This document shows, in pieces, positions 16,686 to 28,616 of a stretch of 64,000 nucleotides of DNA. The stretch comes from Treponema sp. GTDB taxonomy: Bacteria > Spirochaetota > Spirochaetia > Treponematales > Treponemataceae. Under the pieces are notes generated by a model. The model saw only the letters and a list, made by a program, of their open reading frames with translations. It was not told the DNA's origin and did not search any database. A program made the position numbers and the translations under genes. The DNA lies in contig JAFSJW010000051.1 in assembly GCA_017449265.1 (NCBI GenBank), forward strand, positions 29,558 to 93,557. The letters run 5' to 3'. How positions within the stretch are numbered: the first letter of the stretch is position 1; every line of letters starts with the position of its first letter.

Positions 16686-19541
16686 ATGGAAAAAATAAAA
16701 TCGCTTTTTGTTACGATTGCTTTTGTTTTTTTGATTTCGGGCGGTTGCATTCCATCTGTGTACGCGAAAGGCATATTTTCTGCTTCAAAAAGTTCTGGCG
16801 GCATTGCGAAGCTCGGAAAATATACGGCACAAGATTTAATTGTCAGAAGACAGTATGAGCGGGCGAAGGAAATATTGAACGCCGATAATGTGAATGAAAT
16901 TGACTCCGCAGGGAATACAGCTCTTCATTGCGCCGCAGAAATGGATAACGGTGAGCTTGTTGAGTATTTACTTTCGATTGGGGCCGATTCGTCAATAAGA
17001 AACAGATGCGGCGACACTGCCATTCACATAGCGGTAAACAACAAGTGCGCGATTGCGGCGGGCATACTTGCGAAAATAGGGAACGACATTTTTACGAAGG
17101 ATGCTGCCGGGGAGAGTGCGATTGTCATAGCTCTTAGTAAAGGCGGCGCGGTGATGAGCGCGGTTATAAACGAAACTACGGCTCAGATTCTTGATTCTTC
17201 TGCAAATACGATTCTTCATTATATTGTGTTAGCAGGAAACGAAGCTGCTTTGGACGACTACATCAGAAAGAATCTGCCGCTTTCTCCGCAGAATTCTGAG
17301 GGAAAAACGCCTCTTATGCTTGCGTGGAATCAGGCTGAGAGCTTTGCTGTGGTCAAGGCAGGCGCAAAGCTTGTTCTTGCTGGTGCAAGGCTTACGCAGG
17401 GAGATCTTTCTTATTTTGAGTCCGCACTAAAAAGCGGGGACATGATGATGCGTTTTTCCAGCGGGCAGACTCCGCTTTACATCGCTGCAACCAGAGGTCA
17501 TGCGGGGGTAGTGGCGTACATTGTCAAGGAGCTTCCTGCCCGTTCGTTTGCAGGAACGCTTTCTTCTATTCTTTCTGTGCGCGGGAAAAACGGTGAAACG
17601 CCTTTGCACAAAGCTGTTCTGGGCGGAAATCTTGCTGTGGTCCGTCTTTTGCTTGAAAGCGGTGCTGACGCGAATATTTCGGACGATACAGGAAGAACTC
17701 CTGCTTTGCTTCCTGTTTCTGGCTCAGACAGATACGAGATTTTCAGAGTTCTTTTGGAACACGGAGCAAGTTTTAGTCTTACTGATAAAAACGGGAACGG
17801 CATTTTTCATGTTGCGTCGGAAAGCGGCTACGAAAAAAAGCTCCTTGAATTTTTTCTGCAAAGCAACATTCCTGTAGACAAAAAAAACAATAAAGGTGTT
17901 ACGCCGCTTTCAATTGCCGTGGAACGGAAAAATCCCGAGCATATTCTTTTCTATACGAAAAACGGTGCTGATATTAATTCGTATGACAATGCGCACTCCT
18001 CGCCGCTTACGAAAGCCCTTTCTGATGATTCTTGCGAGATGACGAAACTTTTGGTTACTAAGGCTTCTGTAGGATTGCGCGATGAGCACAAGAACTCTCT
18101 TCTTGAAATTGCCGTAATGCAGAAAGCAAGCCTTGAGAGCATATCGTATCTTGTTTCTCTTGGTAGTGATTTGAATGCCCAAAACGATAACGGCGACACG
18201 GCATTGTTTTTTGCCGCCTTGCAAAACAGAAAAGATGTCGGGGAGCTTTTGCTTTCGCACGGGGCTGATATTTTTGCGCCGAACAAGCAGAACAATTCTC
18301 CGCTCAGGGTGGCGTTCACAAAAGGCGAGGAGGTGCTTGGCTGGCTCATAAATGCAAAAAACATAAATTCATGTGATAAAAATCAAAATACCCCGCTTCA
18401 TTTTGGAGCCGCGTGGAAAAATGATTTTGCCGTTAGCTATCTTTTGGAAAAAGGCGCGAAAGTCGGACTAAAAAATGCTTTCGGGCAAACGCCTCTTTTT
18501 TCCGCCGTAAAATCGGATTCTGTTTCTACTATGGAACTTCTTTTGGATGGTGGCTCTGATTTTAAGTCGAAAAAAGGCGGTTTTGACAACCAGATGAACA
18601 CGCTTCTTCATACGGCGACTATCTGGAATGCAATGCGTGCGGCTCAAAAAATAATTTCGCTCGGAATTGATGTCAATGCGCCGAACGGACTTGGGATGAC
18701 GGCTTTGTGTTATGCTTGCGCGGCAGACAATATCAAAATGGTGCGGTTTTTGATTGAGAACGGAGCTGATGTTAACATTTCTGATTCAGATGGACTTACG
18801 CTTCTTATGAAAGCCGTGCGCGACGGAAACAAAAGTTTGGTTTCGCTTCTTATTGAAAGCGGTGCTGATGTGTCTGCTCAAGATTCTCAGAAAAAAACAT
18901 CGTATCATTATGCGGCTCATTTTTCGTCGCCTGAGATTATAGAGCTCCTTTTGAATGGCGGGGCTAATCCGCTTGCAAAGGATGATTCTGGGGAATCGCC
19001 TTTTTCGATTTCCCTGTTGCGCGACAACATGATTTCGCTTTCCGTGCTTGGAAAAAATACTGAAATTGCGGACGACAATGGCGAAACGCCCGCCCACATT
19101 GCAGTTAGAAACAAAGTCAACGCCGCTTTCCTTAGTTTGCTCGTTAAGAACGGTTTTCCTATTGACAAGGCGGACAGCTCAGAAAAAACGCCTCTTAGGA
19201 TTGCGGTTGAATCTGGGCTTCGTCCTCTGGCATTGTTTCTGCTATCGCAAGGCGCAAATCCATTCCAGAAGACGGCGGACGGAGAGTGTGCGCTTTCAGA
19301 TGCTCTAAAATGCGGCAATATCCAGATTCTTGATGGAATCGTAAAATACAATTCGGCTCGGACGGACGGAAAAAAAGAAGGAATATTGCACTATGCTGCA
19401 AGATATGCGGACGAAGAGACTGTCCGCCATCTTGTTGATTTGGGTGTTTTAAAAAAATCTCTCAGGAATTCGGACGGGGACACGCCTGAGAAACTTGCAC
19501 AGCGATTGAAAAGACCTGAAATTGCAAAACTTCTGAAATAG
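16686..19541 (+). CDS. Exported ankyrin-repeat protein
   Basis: N-terminal signal and many G[NE]TPLHxA...GADxN repeats. Confidence 0.92.
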   Translation: MEKIKSLFVTIAFVFLISGGCIPSVYAKGIFSASKSSGGIAKLGKYTAQDLIVRRQYERAKEILNADNVNEIDSAGNTALHCAAEMDNGELVEYLLSIGADSSIRNRCGDTAIHIAVNNKCAIAAGILAKIGNDIFTKDAAGESAIVIALSKGGAVMSAVINETTAQILDSSANTILHYIVLAGNEAALDDYIRKNLPLSPQNSEGKTPLMLAWNQAESFAVVKAGAKLVLAGARLTQGDLSYFESALKSGDMMMRFSSGQTPLYIAATRGHAGVVAYIVKELPARSFAGTLSSILSVRGKNGETPLHKAVLGGNLAVVRLLLESGADANISDDTGRTPALLPVSGSDRYEIFRVLLEHGASFSLTDKNGNGIFHVASESGYEKKLLEFFLQSNIPVDKKNNKGVTPLSIAVERKNPEHILFYTKNGADINSYDNAHSSPLTKALSDDSCEMTKLLVTKASVGLRDEHKNSLLEIAVMQKASLESISYLVSLGSDLNAQNDNGDTALFFAALQNRKDVGELLLSHGADIFAPNKQNNSPLRVAFTKGEEVLGWLINAKNINSCDKNQNTPLHFGAAWKNDFAVSYLLEKGAKVGLKNAFGQTPLFSAVKSDSVSTMELLLDGGSDFKSKKGGFDNQMNTLLHTATIWNAMRAAQKIISLGIDVNAPNGLGMTALCYACAADNIKMVRFLIENGADVNISDSDGLTLLMKAVRDGNKSLVSLLIESGADVSAQDSQKKTSYHYAAHFSSPEIIELLLNGGANPLAKDDSGESPFSISLLRDNMISLSVLGKNTEIADDNGETPAHIAVRNKVNAAFLSLLVKNGFPIDKADSSEKTPLRIAVESGLRPLALFLLSQGANPFQKTADGECALSDALKCGNIQILDGIVKYNSARTDGKKEGILHYAARYADEETVRHLVDLGVLKKSLRNSDGDTPEKLAQRLKRPEIAKLLK

Positions 19542-19600
19542 ATTAGACTTTTTTTGAATGTGCTTTTTGAAAAAAAATTGCTTTGTTTTTTTTAAAGCAC

Positions 19601-19629
19601 TTGACTCATTTTTATTTTTCATATACTAT
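19601..19629 (+). promoter_or_regulatory. Sigma70-type promoter for tRNA-Lys/rplU
   Basis: TTGACT, 17-nt spacer, TACTAT. Confidence 0.7.
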
Positions 19630-19655
19630 CTTAATACTTTCATTTATGAAGGGAT

Positions 19656-19728
19656 GGGCTACTAGCTCAGGTGGTAGAGCACCGCCCTTTTAAGGCGGCT
19701 GTCGATGGTTCGAATCCATCGTAGCTCA
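19656..19728 (+). tRNA. tRNA-Lys (anticodon TTT)
   Basis: Acceptor GGGCTAC/GTAGCTC, anticodon arm CCGCC-CTTTTAA-GGCGG, T-loop GTTCGAATC. CCA is not encoded. Confidence 0.95.
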
Positions 19729-19733
19729 GTTTA

Positions 19734-19762
19734 AGGACTTCTTCGGAAGTCCTATTTTGTTT
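19734..19762 (+). terminator. Hairpin after tRNA-Lys
   Basis: AGGACTTC-TTCG-GAAGTCCT followed by ATTTTGTTT. Confidence 0.6.
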
Positions 19763-19808
19763 AAAGCCGAAGGAGTTCCGTTACACTTCCCGGCGGTAAG
19801 AGGTTTTT

Positions 19809-20120
19809 ATGTACGCACTTTTTGAATACAAAGGCAAACAGTACAAGGCAGAAAAAGACGCTCTCATTCAGGTTGATAAAATCGACGCTGAGAAGGGTTC
19901 AAAAATCGACATCGATACGGTTCTCCTTGTAAGCGATAATGGTTCTGCAAAGGTCGGAACGCCGTATGTAAGCGGAGCAAAAGTTCAGGTTGTTGTTGAG
20001 GATGCAGTTCGTGACAACAAAGTTCTTGTTTTCAAATACAAGGCAAAGAAAGACTACCACCGTTTGATTGGTCACAGGCAGGAATATACTACTGTAAAGG
20101 TTGAGAACATAATCGGCTAG
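19809..20120 (+). CDS. rplU: 50S ribosomal protein L21
   Basis: GKQYK, VGTPYV and GHRQEYT motifs. Confidence 0.97.
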   Translation: MYALFEYKGKQYKAEKDALIQVDKIDAEKGSKIDIDTVLLVSDNGSAKVGTPYVSGAKVQVVVEDAVRDNKVLVFKYKAKKDYHRLIGHRQEYTTVKVENIIG

Positions 20121-20132
20121 TTTATTGGATTT

Positions 20133-20477
20133 TTGTCCATGACGAATGTGACTATTTTTTCTGGCAAAAACGGCGTGATTAAAAAATGCGAAGCTAACGG
20201 ACACGCAGGTTTTTCTAAGAAAGGGAATGATATTGTTTGCTCGGCGGTAACAATTCTGCTGAGAACGGCAATGGAGACTTTTTCACAGATTGATACGGTC
20301 ACATTGAATGCTGATGCAGCGTCCAGAGGAAAGTTAAGTTTTTTTCTGGCTGCGGACGACGAGAATCCTGTAGTGGAGGCTCGTTTGAAAGGCGTTTCAG
20401 ATTTTTTGAGGAACGGATTAAAATCGCTTTCCAGAGAATTTTCTGAATATGTTTTTTTTGATGAAATGTCAATTTGA
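20133..20477 (+). CDS. prp: Ribosomal-processing cysteine protease Prp (YsxB family)
   Basis: GHAG...DIVCSAV catalytic motif, located between rplU and rpmA. Confidence 0.9.
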   Translation: MSMTNVTIFSGKNGVIKKCEANGHAGFSKKGNDIVCSAVTILLRTAMETFSQIDTVTLNADAASRGKLSFFLAADDENPVVEARLKGVSDFLRNGLKSLSREFSEYVFFDEMSI

Positions 20478-20512
20478 CTAAAAATCTAGCTAATTTTTAG
20501 CGGAGGCTTAAA

Positions 20513-20767
20513 ATGGGACGTAGTAAGGGCGGTTCAGGCGCAAAAAACGGCCGTGATTCAAACCCAAAAAGCTTGGGTGTTAAAGTATATGGTGGACAGA
20601 CTGTAACAGCAGGTTCAATCATCGTAAAGCAGCGTGGAACAAAAATTTTCCCGGGCGACAATGTTCGCAGGGCGGGAGATGACAGCTTGTTTGCAACAGC
20701 AGACGGAGTTGTAAAGTTCTACGAGAGAAACAACAGAAAATACGCAGGTGTTGAGGCACAGGCATAG
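20513..20767 (+). CDS. rpmA: 50S ribosomal protein L27
   Basis: [14 protein letters not shown] and [10 protein letters not shown]. Confidence 0.97.
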   Translation: MGRSKGGSGAKNGRDSNPKSLGVKVYGGQTVTAGSIIVKQRGTKIFPGDNVRRAGDDSLFATADGVVKFYERNNRKYAGVEAQA

Positions 20768-22630
<1,863 letters not shown>

Positions 22631-22650
<20 letters not shown>

Positions 22651-23224
22651 CGACAAAAAGTGCTATGAAGAAATCCGGTCATATGCGGAAAAGAATCTTT
22701 CAAAAGAACGCTACGAACATTCTGTCCGCGTAGCTGAGACGGCTGCTTTTATGTGCGGTCTCTACGGACTTGACAAGAATCTTGGTCTTGTGGCCGGAAT
22801 TGCGCATGACATTTGCAAGGAAATTCCGTCTGAAGAAAAAATCGCGCTGGCGAAAAAAGACGGAAAGCCGATTGAGGGACTTGAGGCAAAAATTCCGGAT
22901 TTGCTTCACGGGCGGGCGGCTGGCATGAAGGTCAGTGAGTTCGGAATTTATGATAAAAATCTTGTTGAGGCAATAGCCAACCATACTTTCGGGCAAAAAG
23001 GACTTTCTGATATTGGAAAAATTCTTTTCGTTGCGGACAAAATCGAGCCTGGACGACCGCAGTCCACGGCCGAGTACAGGAAGAATCTTTTCTCAAAGTC
23101 GCTTCTTGGGATTACGCTTTCTGTTCTGGAAGAAAATATTGAGTATCTGGAAAAGAGGGGCAAGTCCGTTGCGGAGGCATCTTTGGACTGGGCTAAGGAG
23201 CTGAGGAATGAAAGCGCGCAATAA
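22631..23224 (+). CDS. yqeK: HD-domain Ap4A hydrolase YqeK
   Basis: RYEHSVRV, AHDICK, LLHG and ADKIEPGR; follows nadD. Confidence 0.9.
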
Positions 23225-24407
23225 AGGCGGAATCCTTCTTGTTTCGATTTTTTTTATCATAATCGTAGTTCTTGCCGTTCTGGTTCTTTCTTTGCGCGAG
23301 GATCCAATAAAATCCGCACTCAGGGAAGGAAAGGGCGTTTTAAAGACTTTGTTCGTCCTTGAGCATAACAATCAGGTTCTTTTTTCCGATGTGCTGATGT
23401 CGTATCATCTTACGGCTTCGGAAAAAGATGATTCTTCTGCAGAGGAAATCTCAAAGCGCGGCGTTCTGATAAACATTCCGGGCAACACGGGAGGAATATG
23501 GCGCAGCCTTGACCGTGCTGACAGGATTGACGCAATTTATTCCGAGAAAGGCATTGGGGTTTACAAGTCGGAGATAGAGAACCTTCTGGGACAGCCTATA
23601 CCGTTCTATATCCTGATGAGCCTTGAAGAGTTTTCCGAGATTACTGATTTACTCGGAGGTATGAGCGTGTTCATTCCGAATCCTGTGGACATAAAGAATG
23701 TTGACGGTCAGCGTTGGCTTCTTCCGAGCGGGGCTATAAACCTTGACGGGGACAAAGTTAAGACTTACCTTATGTACACGGAGGCTGACGAGAGCGAGAA
23801 CGATATTGTTGACAGACGGCAGAATGTTGTGCTGGCATTTTTTAATGCAATAGCGCGGAACGCTGATGTTTTCAGGGACTCGGATTCTTTTTTCGAGCTT
23901 TCAAAGCGGTTTCAGTCAAACTTGTCTCGCTCGCGGCAGCAGGACTTGTTTGGCGAAATCATGCGGATTGACCCTGAGCGTCTTGCTCCGCAGGCAATCA
24001 CGGGAACATACCGAACTGTTGACGGAAAGCTGCTTATCTTTCCGCTTCAGGAAGGACAGTACATAAAGCAGGTTGTTACCCATGCGATTCGCCAGCTAAA
24101 GGACAAAGGGCAGGGCGAAAAAACTAACTACTCGCTCAGAATCCAGAACGGAACGAAAGAGCAGGGACTGGCAGCAAAAACAAAGAATCTGCTCAGTTCA
24201 AATTACGATATTCTGGAGTACGGAAACGCGGACTCTAACGAGTACGAAAAAACGGTCATCATTGACCACATAGGAAACAGCGAGAGCGCGAAACTTCTCG
24301 GCGACTTCATAAAGTGCGAGAACATACGCGAGGAGCTGGATGCAAATACATCGGCCGATTTTACTATAATCCTTGGTAATGATTTTGACGGTCGGTATGT
24401 GCGGTAA
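23208..24407 (+). CDS. LCP (LytR-CpsA-Psr) family protein with LytR_C domain
   Basis: N-terminal TM, DLLGG, LDGD, RRQ, and C-terminal IQNGT..GLA...IILGNDF. Confidence 0.85.
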   Translation: MKARNKGGILLVSIFFIIIVVLAVLVLSLREDPIKSALREGKGVLKTLFVLEHNNQVLFSDVLMSYHLTASEKDDSSAEEISKRGVLINIPGNTGGIWRSLDRADRIDAIYSEKGIGVYKSEIENLLGQPIPFYILMSLEEFSEITDLLGGMSVFIPNPVDIKNVDGQRWLLPSGAINLDGDKVKTYLMYTEADESENDIVDRRQNVVLAFFNAIARNADVFRDSDSFFELSKRFQSNLSRSRQQDLFGEIMRIDPERLAPQAITGTYRTVDGKLLIFPLQEGQYIKQVVTHAIRQLKDKGQGEKTNYSLRIQNGTKEQGLAAKTKNLLSSNYDILEYGNADSNEYEKTVIIDHIGNSESAKLLGDFIKCENIREELDANTSADFTIILGNDFDGRYVR

Positions 24408-24415
24408 AATTCAAT

Positions 24416-24778
24416 ATGGAGGAAAAAATGGAAAAATCAATAAAAGAAAAGGCTCTTGAAATAGCCGGGCTTCTTTCTGACGGAAAAGCCGATGATGTAG
24501 TTGTTCTTGATGTGTCGGAGCTTAACAGCTGGACTGATTTCTTTGTAATAGCTACAATTCACAGCTCCGCGCACTGGCAGGGACTGGCAAAGCAGGTGAA
24601 AGATTACACGAAAGAAAATGACCTTCAGATTCATCTGACGAACAAGAAATCTCCTGACGGCGATGACTGGAATCTTATTGACATTGGGCCGATTGTAGTT
24701 CACCTTATGTCAAAGGACGCAAGGGAATTCTACGAGCTTGAAAAGCTCTGGCACAACGGAAAGATTGTTACTGAGTAG
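24416..24778 (+). CDS. rsfS: Ribosomal silencing factor RsfS
   Basis: KADDVVVLDV, DFFVIAT, WNLID and REFYELEKLW. Confidence 0.93.
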   Translation: MEEKMEKSIKEKALEIAGLLSDGKADDVVVLDVSELNSWTDFFVIATIHSSAHWQGLAKQVKDYTKENDLQIHLTNKKSPDGDDWNLIDIGPIVVHLMSKDAREFYELEKLWHNGKIVTE

Positions 24779-24886
24779 AACTGAGATTTTGTAATCCCGA
24801 TATTTCGGTAAGCTCAGAGCTTGCCGAAATATTTGGTTGAGTTTATCGGGAGTTTTATTGGAGCATTGCTCCGATGTGGCATAATT

Positions 24887-25111
24887 TCAGACGCCAATAT
24901 CGCAGAAATTAAAATCGTTTTTTACTTTTTTTATTTCATCGGATTCAAAACCATCATCGATTTCATCTTGGTCAGACATATCGCCATAGATGTCATCATC
25001 GAATTCATCTAAGATATCATCTCTTGTGCTCTCAAATTCGTCTGGTGATTTGAAATCATCAGCATCCAACGACTCGTCATAGAAATCATCAAAACTTAAT
25101 GCGGCGTCCAT
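24887..25111 (-). CDS. Small, highly acidic hypothetical protein
   Basis: 74-aa D/E-rich ORF with a minus-strand TTGACA upstream at 25141-25146. Confidence 0.55.
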   Translation of the reverse strand: MDAALSFDDFYDESLDADDFKSPDEFESTRDDILDEFDDDIYGDMSDQDEIDDGFESDEIKKVKNDFNFCDIGV

Positions 25112-25253
25112 AACGCTAATTTAATTCAGTATGGATAAAGTGTCAATACTAATATTGAGATTTTGGAGAATTTGTAATATTTTTCTACTTCTTTCAAAAT
25201 ACAAGAGCGTTAGACCATTGACTAAAAATGTAAAAATTGATTAAACTAACTCT

Positions 25254-26120
25254 ATGTCGTCTGATATTGTTGTTTCTGCACCGGCGAAGGTGAACATTGG
25301 GTTGAATGTCCTTCCAAAGGCAGAAGGCGAAGAGTATCATCAGATAGAAAGTATTTTTCAGACCATTGACCTGTGCGATGAGCTTGTGGTCAGAAAGGTT
25401 GAAAAAAAGAATTTCTGTTCTGTTAAGTGCGACATGATTGAGCTTCCTGAACTGAATACTATTACCAAGGCTTACGAACGGTTTTGTGAGCTTTCTGGCA
25501 ATGAGGTTGGGGTTGAAGTCCTGCTGAAAAAAAAGATACCGTCCGGCGGCGGGCTTGGCGGTGGTTCTTCTGATGCGGCTTCATTTATAAAAGCATTTGC
25601 GGAGCTTATTGATTTTGACCTTACGGATATCGTTGCTGATGCCGTAGCGGAAAAAGTCGGAAGCGATGTATTTTTCTTTCTTCACAACGGACTGCACGAG
25701 GCTTCACTTGTTTCAGGGCGTGGTGAAATAGTAAAGAAAATCAATGCGCGGCATGATTTTCATTTTGTTTTGATTTTTCCAGAGGTTTTCAGCTCGACTA
25801 AAGAGGCATATTCTTTGGTTGATGAAAGCTATAAGGCTCCTATGAAAAACGAATGCCCGCTTTTTGATGAGTACGAGAAAATCTATTCATCGTCAGTTGA
25901 AAATTGGACATTCATCAACAGCTTTACTTCTGTTTTGACTGAAAAGTATCCTGTGATTCAATATGCATTGCAGGATTTAAAGAATCAAGGTGCTCTTTGG
26001 TCTGATATGTCTGGATCCGGGGCAACCGTGTTTGGAATTTTTGAGTCGCTTGATTCTGCAAAAGCGGCTGTTGCCTTGTTGCAGAAAAAATGGAGATTCT
26101 GTTATTATTCGGGGAGCTGA
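25254..26120 (+). CDS. ispE: 4-diphosphocytidyl-2-C-methyl-D-erythritol kinase
   Basis: APAKVN, KKIPSGGGLGGGSSDAA, GSDV and MSGSG. Confidence 0.95.
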   Translation: MSSDIVVSAPAKVNIGLNVLPKAEGEEYHQIESIFQTIDLCDELVVRKVEKKNFCSVKCDMIELPELNTITKAYERFCELSGNEVGVEVLLKKKIPSGGGLGGGSSDAASFIKAFAELIDFDLTDIVADAVAEKVGSDVFFFLHNGLHEASLVSGRGEIVKKINARHDFHFVLIFPEVFSSTKEAYSLVDESYKAPMKNECPLFDEYEKIYSSSVENWTFINSFTSVLTEKYPVIQYALQDLKNQGALWSDMSGSGATVFGIFESLDSAKAAVALLQKKWRFCYYSGS

Positions 26121-26123
26121 AAA

Positions 26124-26405
26124 ATGGAGATTACCGAGCTTAGGATCCGCAAGGTAAATGCAGATGGAAAACTGAAAGGGTATGTGACGGTCACTTTTGA
26201 CAACTGCTTTGTTGTGCATAACATAAAAATTATTGAAAGTGAGTCGGGAATGTTCGTGGCAATGCCAAGCAGGAAAACTGCTGATGGCAAGTACAAGGAT
26301 ATAGCTCATCCTATCAGTATGGAATTCCGTTCCGTTATTGAGAATAGAATTCTTTCTGATTATGAAGCGGGAAAATTTGAAGAAGATTCTCCTGCAGAAG
26401 TTTAA
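26124..26405 (+). CDS. spoVG: SpoVG nucleic-acid-binding regulator
   Basis: MEITELRI, FVVHNIKII, FVAMPS and DIAHPI. Confidence 0.95.
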   Translation: MEITELRIRKVNADGKLKGYVTVTFDNCFVVHNIKIIESESGMFVAMPSRKTADGKYKDIAHPISMEFRSVIENRILSDYEAGKFEEDSPAEV

Positions 26406-26420
26406 ATTGTTATTTTTTTT

Positions 26421-26493
26421 TGGGACGTCGTCAAGCGGTAAGACAACGGCTTTTGGTGCCGTCATTCCACAGGTTCGAATCCTGTCGTCCCAG
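26421..26493 (+). tRNA. tRNA-Gln (anticodon TTG)
   Basis: Acceptor TGGGACG/CGTCCCA, anticodon arm ACGGC-TTTTGGT-GCCGT, T-loop GGTTCGAATCC. Confidence 0.95.
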
Positions 26494-26649
26494 CATATAT
26501 TAGCTCTGTTCGGAATTCTATTTTCTATGAAAATCTAGTTTACGAACAGGTCTATTTGGAAAAGCTCTGGCGTGATGAACGATGGGGTGAAATTGATTCT
26601 ACTCTTGTTTTAGACTTTAGTTTTTCCAGAAAAAATAGGAGTCCAAAAA

Positions 26650-27204
26650 ATGGAACAGATGGTTATTGCTGCAAAAGTTCGCAGCGAGACAGGAAAGAAG
26701 GCTGCAAAGCAGCTTCGTGCAAATGGTCGTATTCCGGCAGTTGTTTACGACGAGGAAGGAAAAGCTACATCAATTGATGTGGATAAAGTTGAGTTCAACA
26801 AAGTATGGCGTTCAATAACAGCTACTACTCTTGTTACTCTTAATGTTGACGGAAAGACTTCTGATGCTTTCATTCGCGACACTGAGTATGATATTATGAC
26901 TGACAGTGTTCTTCATGTTGATTTCTTCTCAGTAACGAACACAAAAAAAGTCGTTCGTACATACAAGCTCCAGTATTCTGGAACACCAGCCGGCGTTCTC
27001 AAGGGTGGTTTCATGGTTACGCATACTCCTGAAATCAGAGTTAGTGCTTTGCCAAAAGACCTTCCGGTTCGCGTTGTTGTTGATGTTTCAAAAGTAAACA
27101 TTGGCGATGTTCTCTATGTAAAAGACATTGACCTTGGAAAGAATGTTACGGTTCTTACTCCTGCTGATTCATCAGTTATCAGCGTTGCTCCGCCGCGTTC
27201 ATAA
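26650..27204 (+). CDS. rplY: 50S ribosomal protein L25 (Ctc form)
   Basis: LRANGRIPAVVY, LHVDF and GVLKGG. Confidence 0.95.
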   Translation: MEQMVIAAKVRSETGKKAAKQLRANGRIPAVVYDEEGKATSIDVDKVEFNKVWRSITATTLVTLNVDGKTSDAFIRDTEYDIMTDSVLHVDFFSVTNTKKVVRTYKLQYSGTPAGVLKGGFMVTHTPEIRVSALPKDLPVRVVVDVSKVNIGDVLYVKDIDLGKNVTVLTPADSSVISVAPPRS

Positions 27205-27216
27205 TATTTTCTGAGC

Positions 27217-27250
27217 AAAAATCCCGATCACTTGACCGGGATTTTTTTTT
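27217..27250 (+). terminator. Intrinsic terminator after rplY
   Basis: AAAAATCCCG...CGGGATTTTTTTTT. Confidence 0.75.
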
Positions 27251-27256
27251 GCTGAA

Positions 27257-28582
27257 ATGAAACTGATAAGTGATTTTGACGAAGCCGTAGCGCAGTCATT
27301 CATAAAAAACGGCTACGACATAAATGACCAGAATCTCACTGTTGGGGCGGCTGTTTCGGGTGGCGCAGATTCCGTTTCCCTTTTGGTGTCGCTCGTCCAT
27401 ATTTTTGGAAAAAGTCGTGTTCGGGCCGTCAATGTTAACCACAGAATCCGTCCGAGGGCTGAGAGCGACGGCGACACGGATTTTGTGCGCAATCTATGCC
27501 TGAGTTTTGGAGTGCAGTGCTATTTCTTTGAGTGCGAAGAAGGCTTTTTGCAGGCTCTTTCCGAGGAGCGTGGGCTTGGAATTGAGGAAGCGGCACGCTT
27601 CAAGCGGTATGAGTTTTTCGGCTCATTTTTGCGCAACACTGGAACTTCTCTTTTGTGTCTTGCGCATAACAAAAATGACCAGCTTGAAACCGTCCTGATG
27701 CGTTTTTTGCAAGGAAGCGACGGAGAAATAAAAAAAATGCGCGGAAAATTCTTCCGCCCGCTTCTTGATACAGACCGCGCCCAAATTGAAGAATATTTGC
27801 GCTCACAGGGCTTTTCATGGCGCACTGACTCCACGAACCAAGACAATAACTATTACAGAAACAGGATTCGGAACGAGCTTGTTCCGTGCCTTGACCGCCT
27901 TTTTCAAGGCTGGCGGCGCGGCGTTCTTTCTTTTGCGGAGAAAAACGCTGTGGACGCAGAGTTCTTTGAGGATTTCTGCTCTTCCTTTTCTTGGGAGGAG
28001 AGAGGGGCGGACGGAAAATGCGTTTGCATGGACTCGGCTCTTTTCTTTTCGCAGAAACCAGCCGTGCGCAGGAGGCTCGTGTTCCGGGCGTTGTCCCAGA
28101 TTGGCTCGGCTCCGCGAGTTCCGTACAAGATGATTCGGCCCGTCCTTTTTTGGAAAGATGACGGGTCTTTGCACAAAGTTTCTGGAGCTGGAGCGGAGAT
28201 TTTTGAGTGGGCAACGGACGGCGTGCGGAAAGTGTTCGTGGCAAAGACGGAACGCGGAGCATTTCTTGACAGCGGATTTTATTTTTTGATTCGGGACGAG
28301 CGGGATCTTTTTGATTTTTGCGCTAATTTCTTTGCTCAGAAAAAAAGCCTTAAAATTGACGCTCCGTTTCCGTTCGTAATCCGCTCTTTTTTCAGTACGG
28401 ATAAAATCATTTTTTCAAACGGAAGGACAAAATCAGTTGTGGCATATTTTTCTGAGAAAAAAATTCCTAAATCTGAACGCGGGAAAATTCCGTTTTTGCA
28501 GGAATGTGGAAAAAAAAATCTTGTAAAACTTTTGAATCTGGAAGCTGATAATTTCATGGAAAATAATCAGTTTTCGTGTTAA
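27257..28582 (+). CDS. tilS: tRNA(Ile)-lysidine synthetase
   Basis: PP-loop AVSGGADS, EEAARFKRY, AHNKNDQLET, and DSTN...RNRIR. Confidence 0.93.
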   Translation: MKLISDFDEAVAQSFIKNGYDINDQNLTVGAAVSGGADSVSLLVSLVHIFGKSRVRAVNVNHRIRPRAESDGDTDFVRNLCLSFGVQCYFFECEEGFLQALSEERGLGIEEAARFKRYEFFGSFLRNTGTSLLCLAHNKNDQLETVLMRFLQGSDGEIKKMRGKFFRPLLDTDRAQIEEYLRSQGFSWRTDSTNQDNNYYRNRIRNELVPCLDRLFQGWRRGVLSFAEKNAVDAEFFEDFCSSFSWEERGADGKCVCMDSALFFSQKPAVRRRLVFRALSQIGSAPRVPYKMIRPVLFWKDDGSLHKVSGAGAEIFEWATDGVRKVFVAKTERGAFLDSGFYFLIRDERDLFDFCANFFAQKKSLKIDAPFPFVIRSFFSTDKIIFSNGRTKSVVAYFSEKKIPKSERGKIPFLQECGKKNLVKLLNLEADNFMENNQFSC

Positions 28583-28616
28583 AATAAAAAATAGCACTGT
28601 TTTATGGGAGTTTTTT

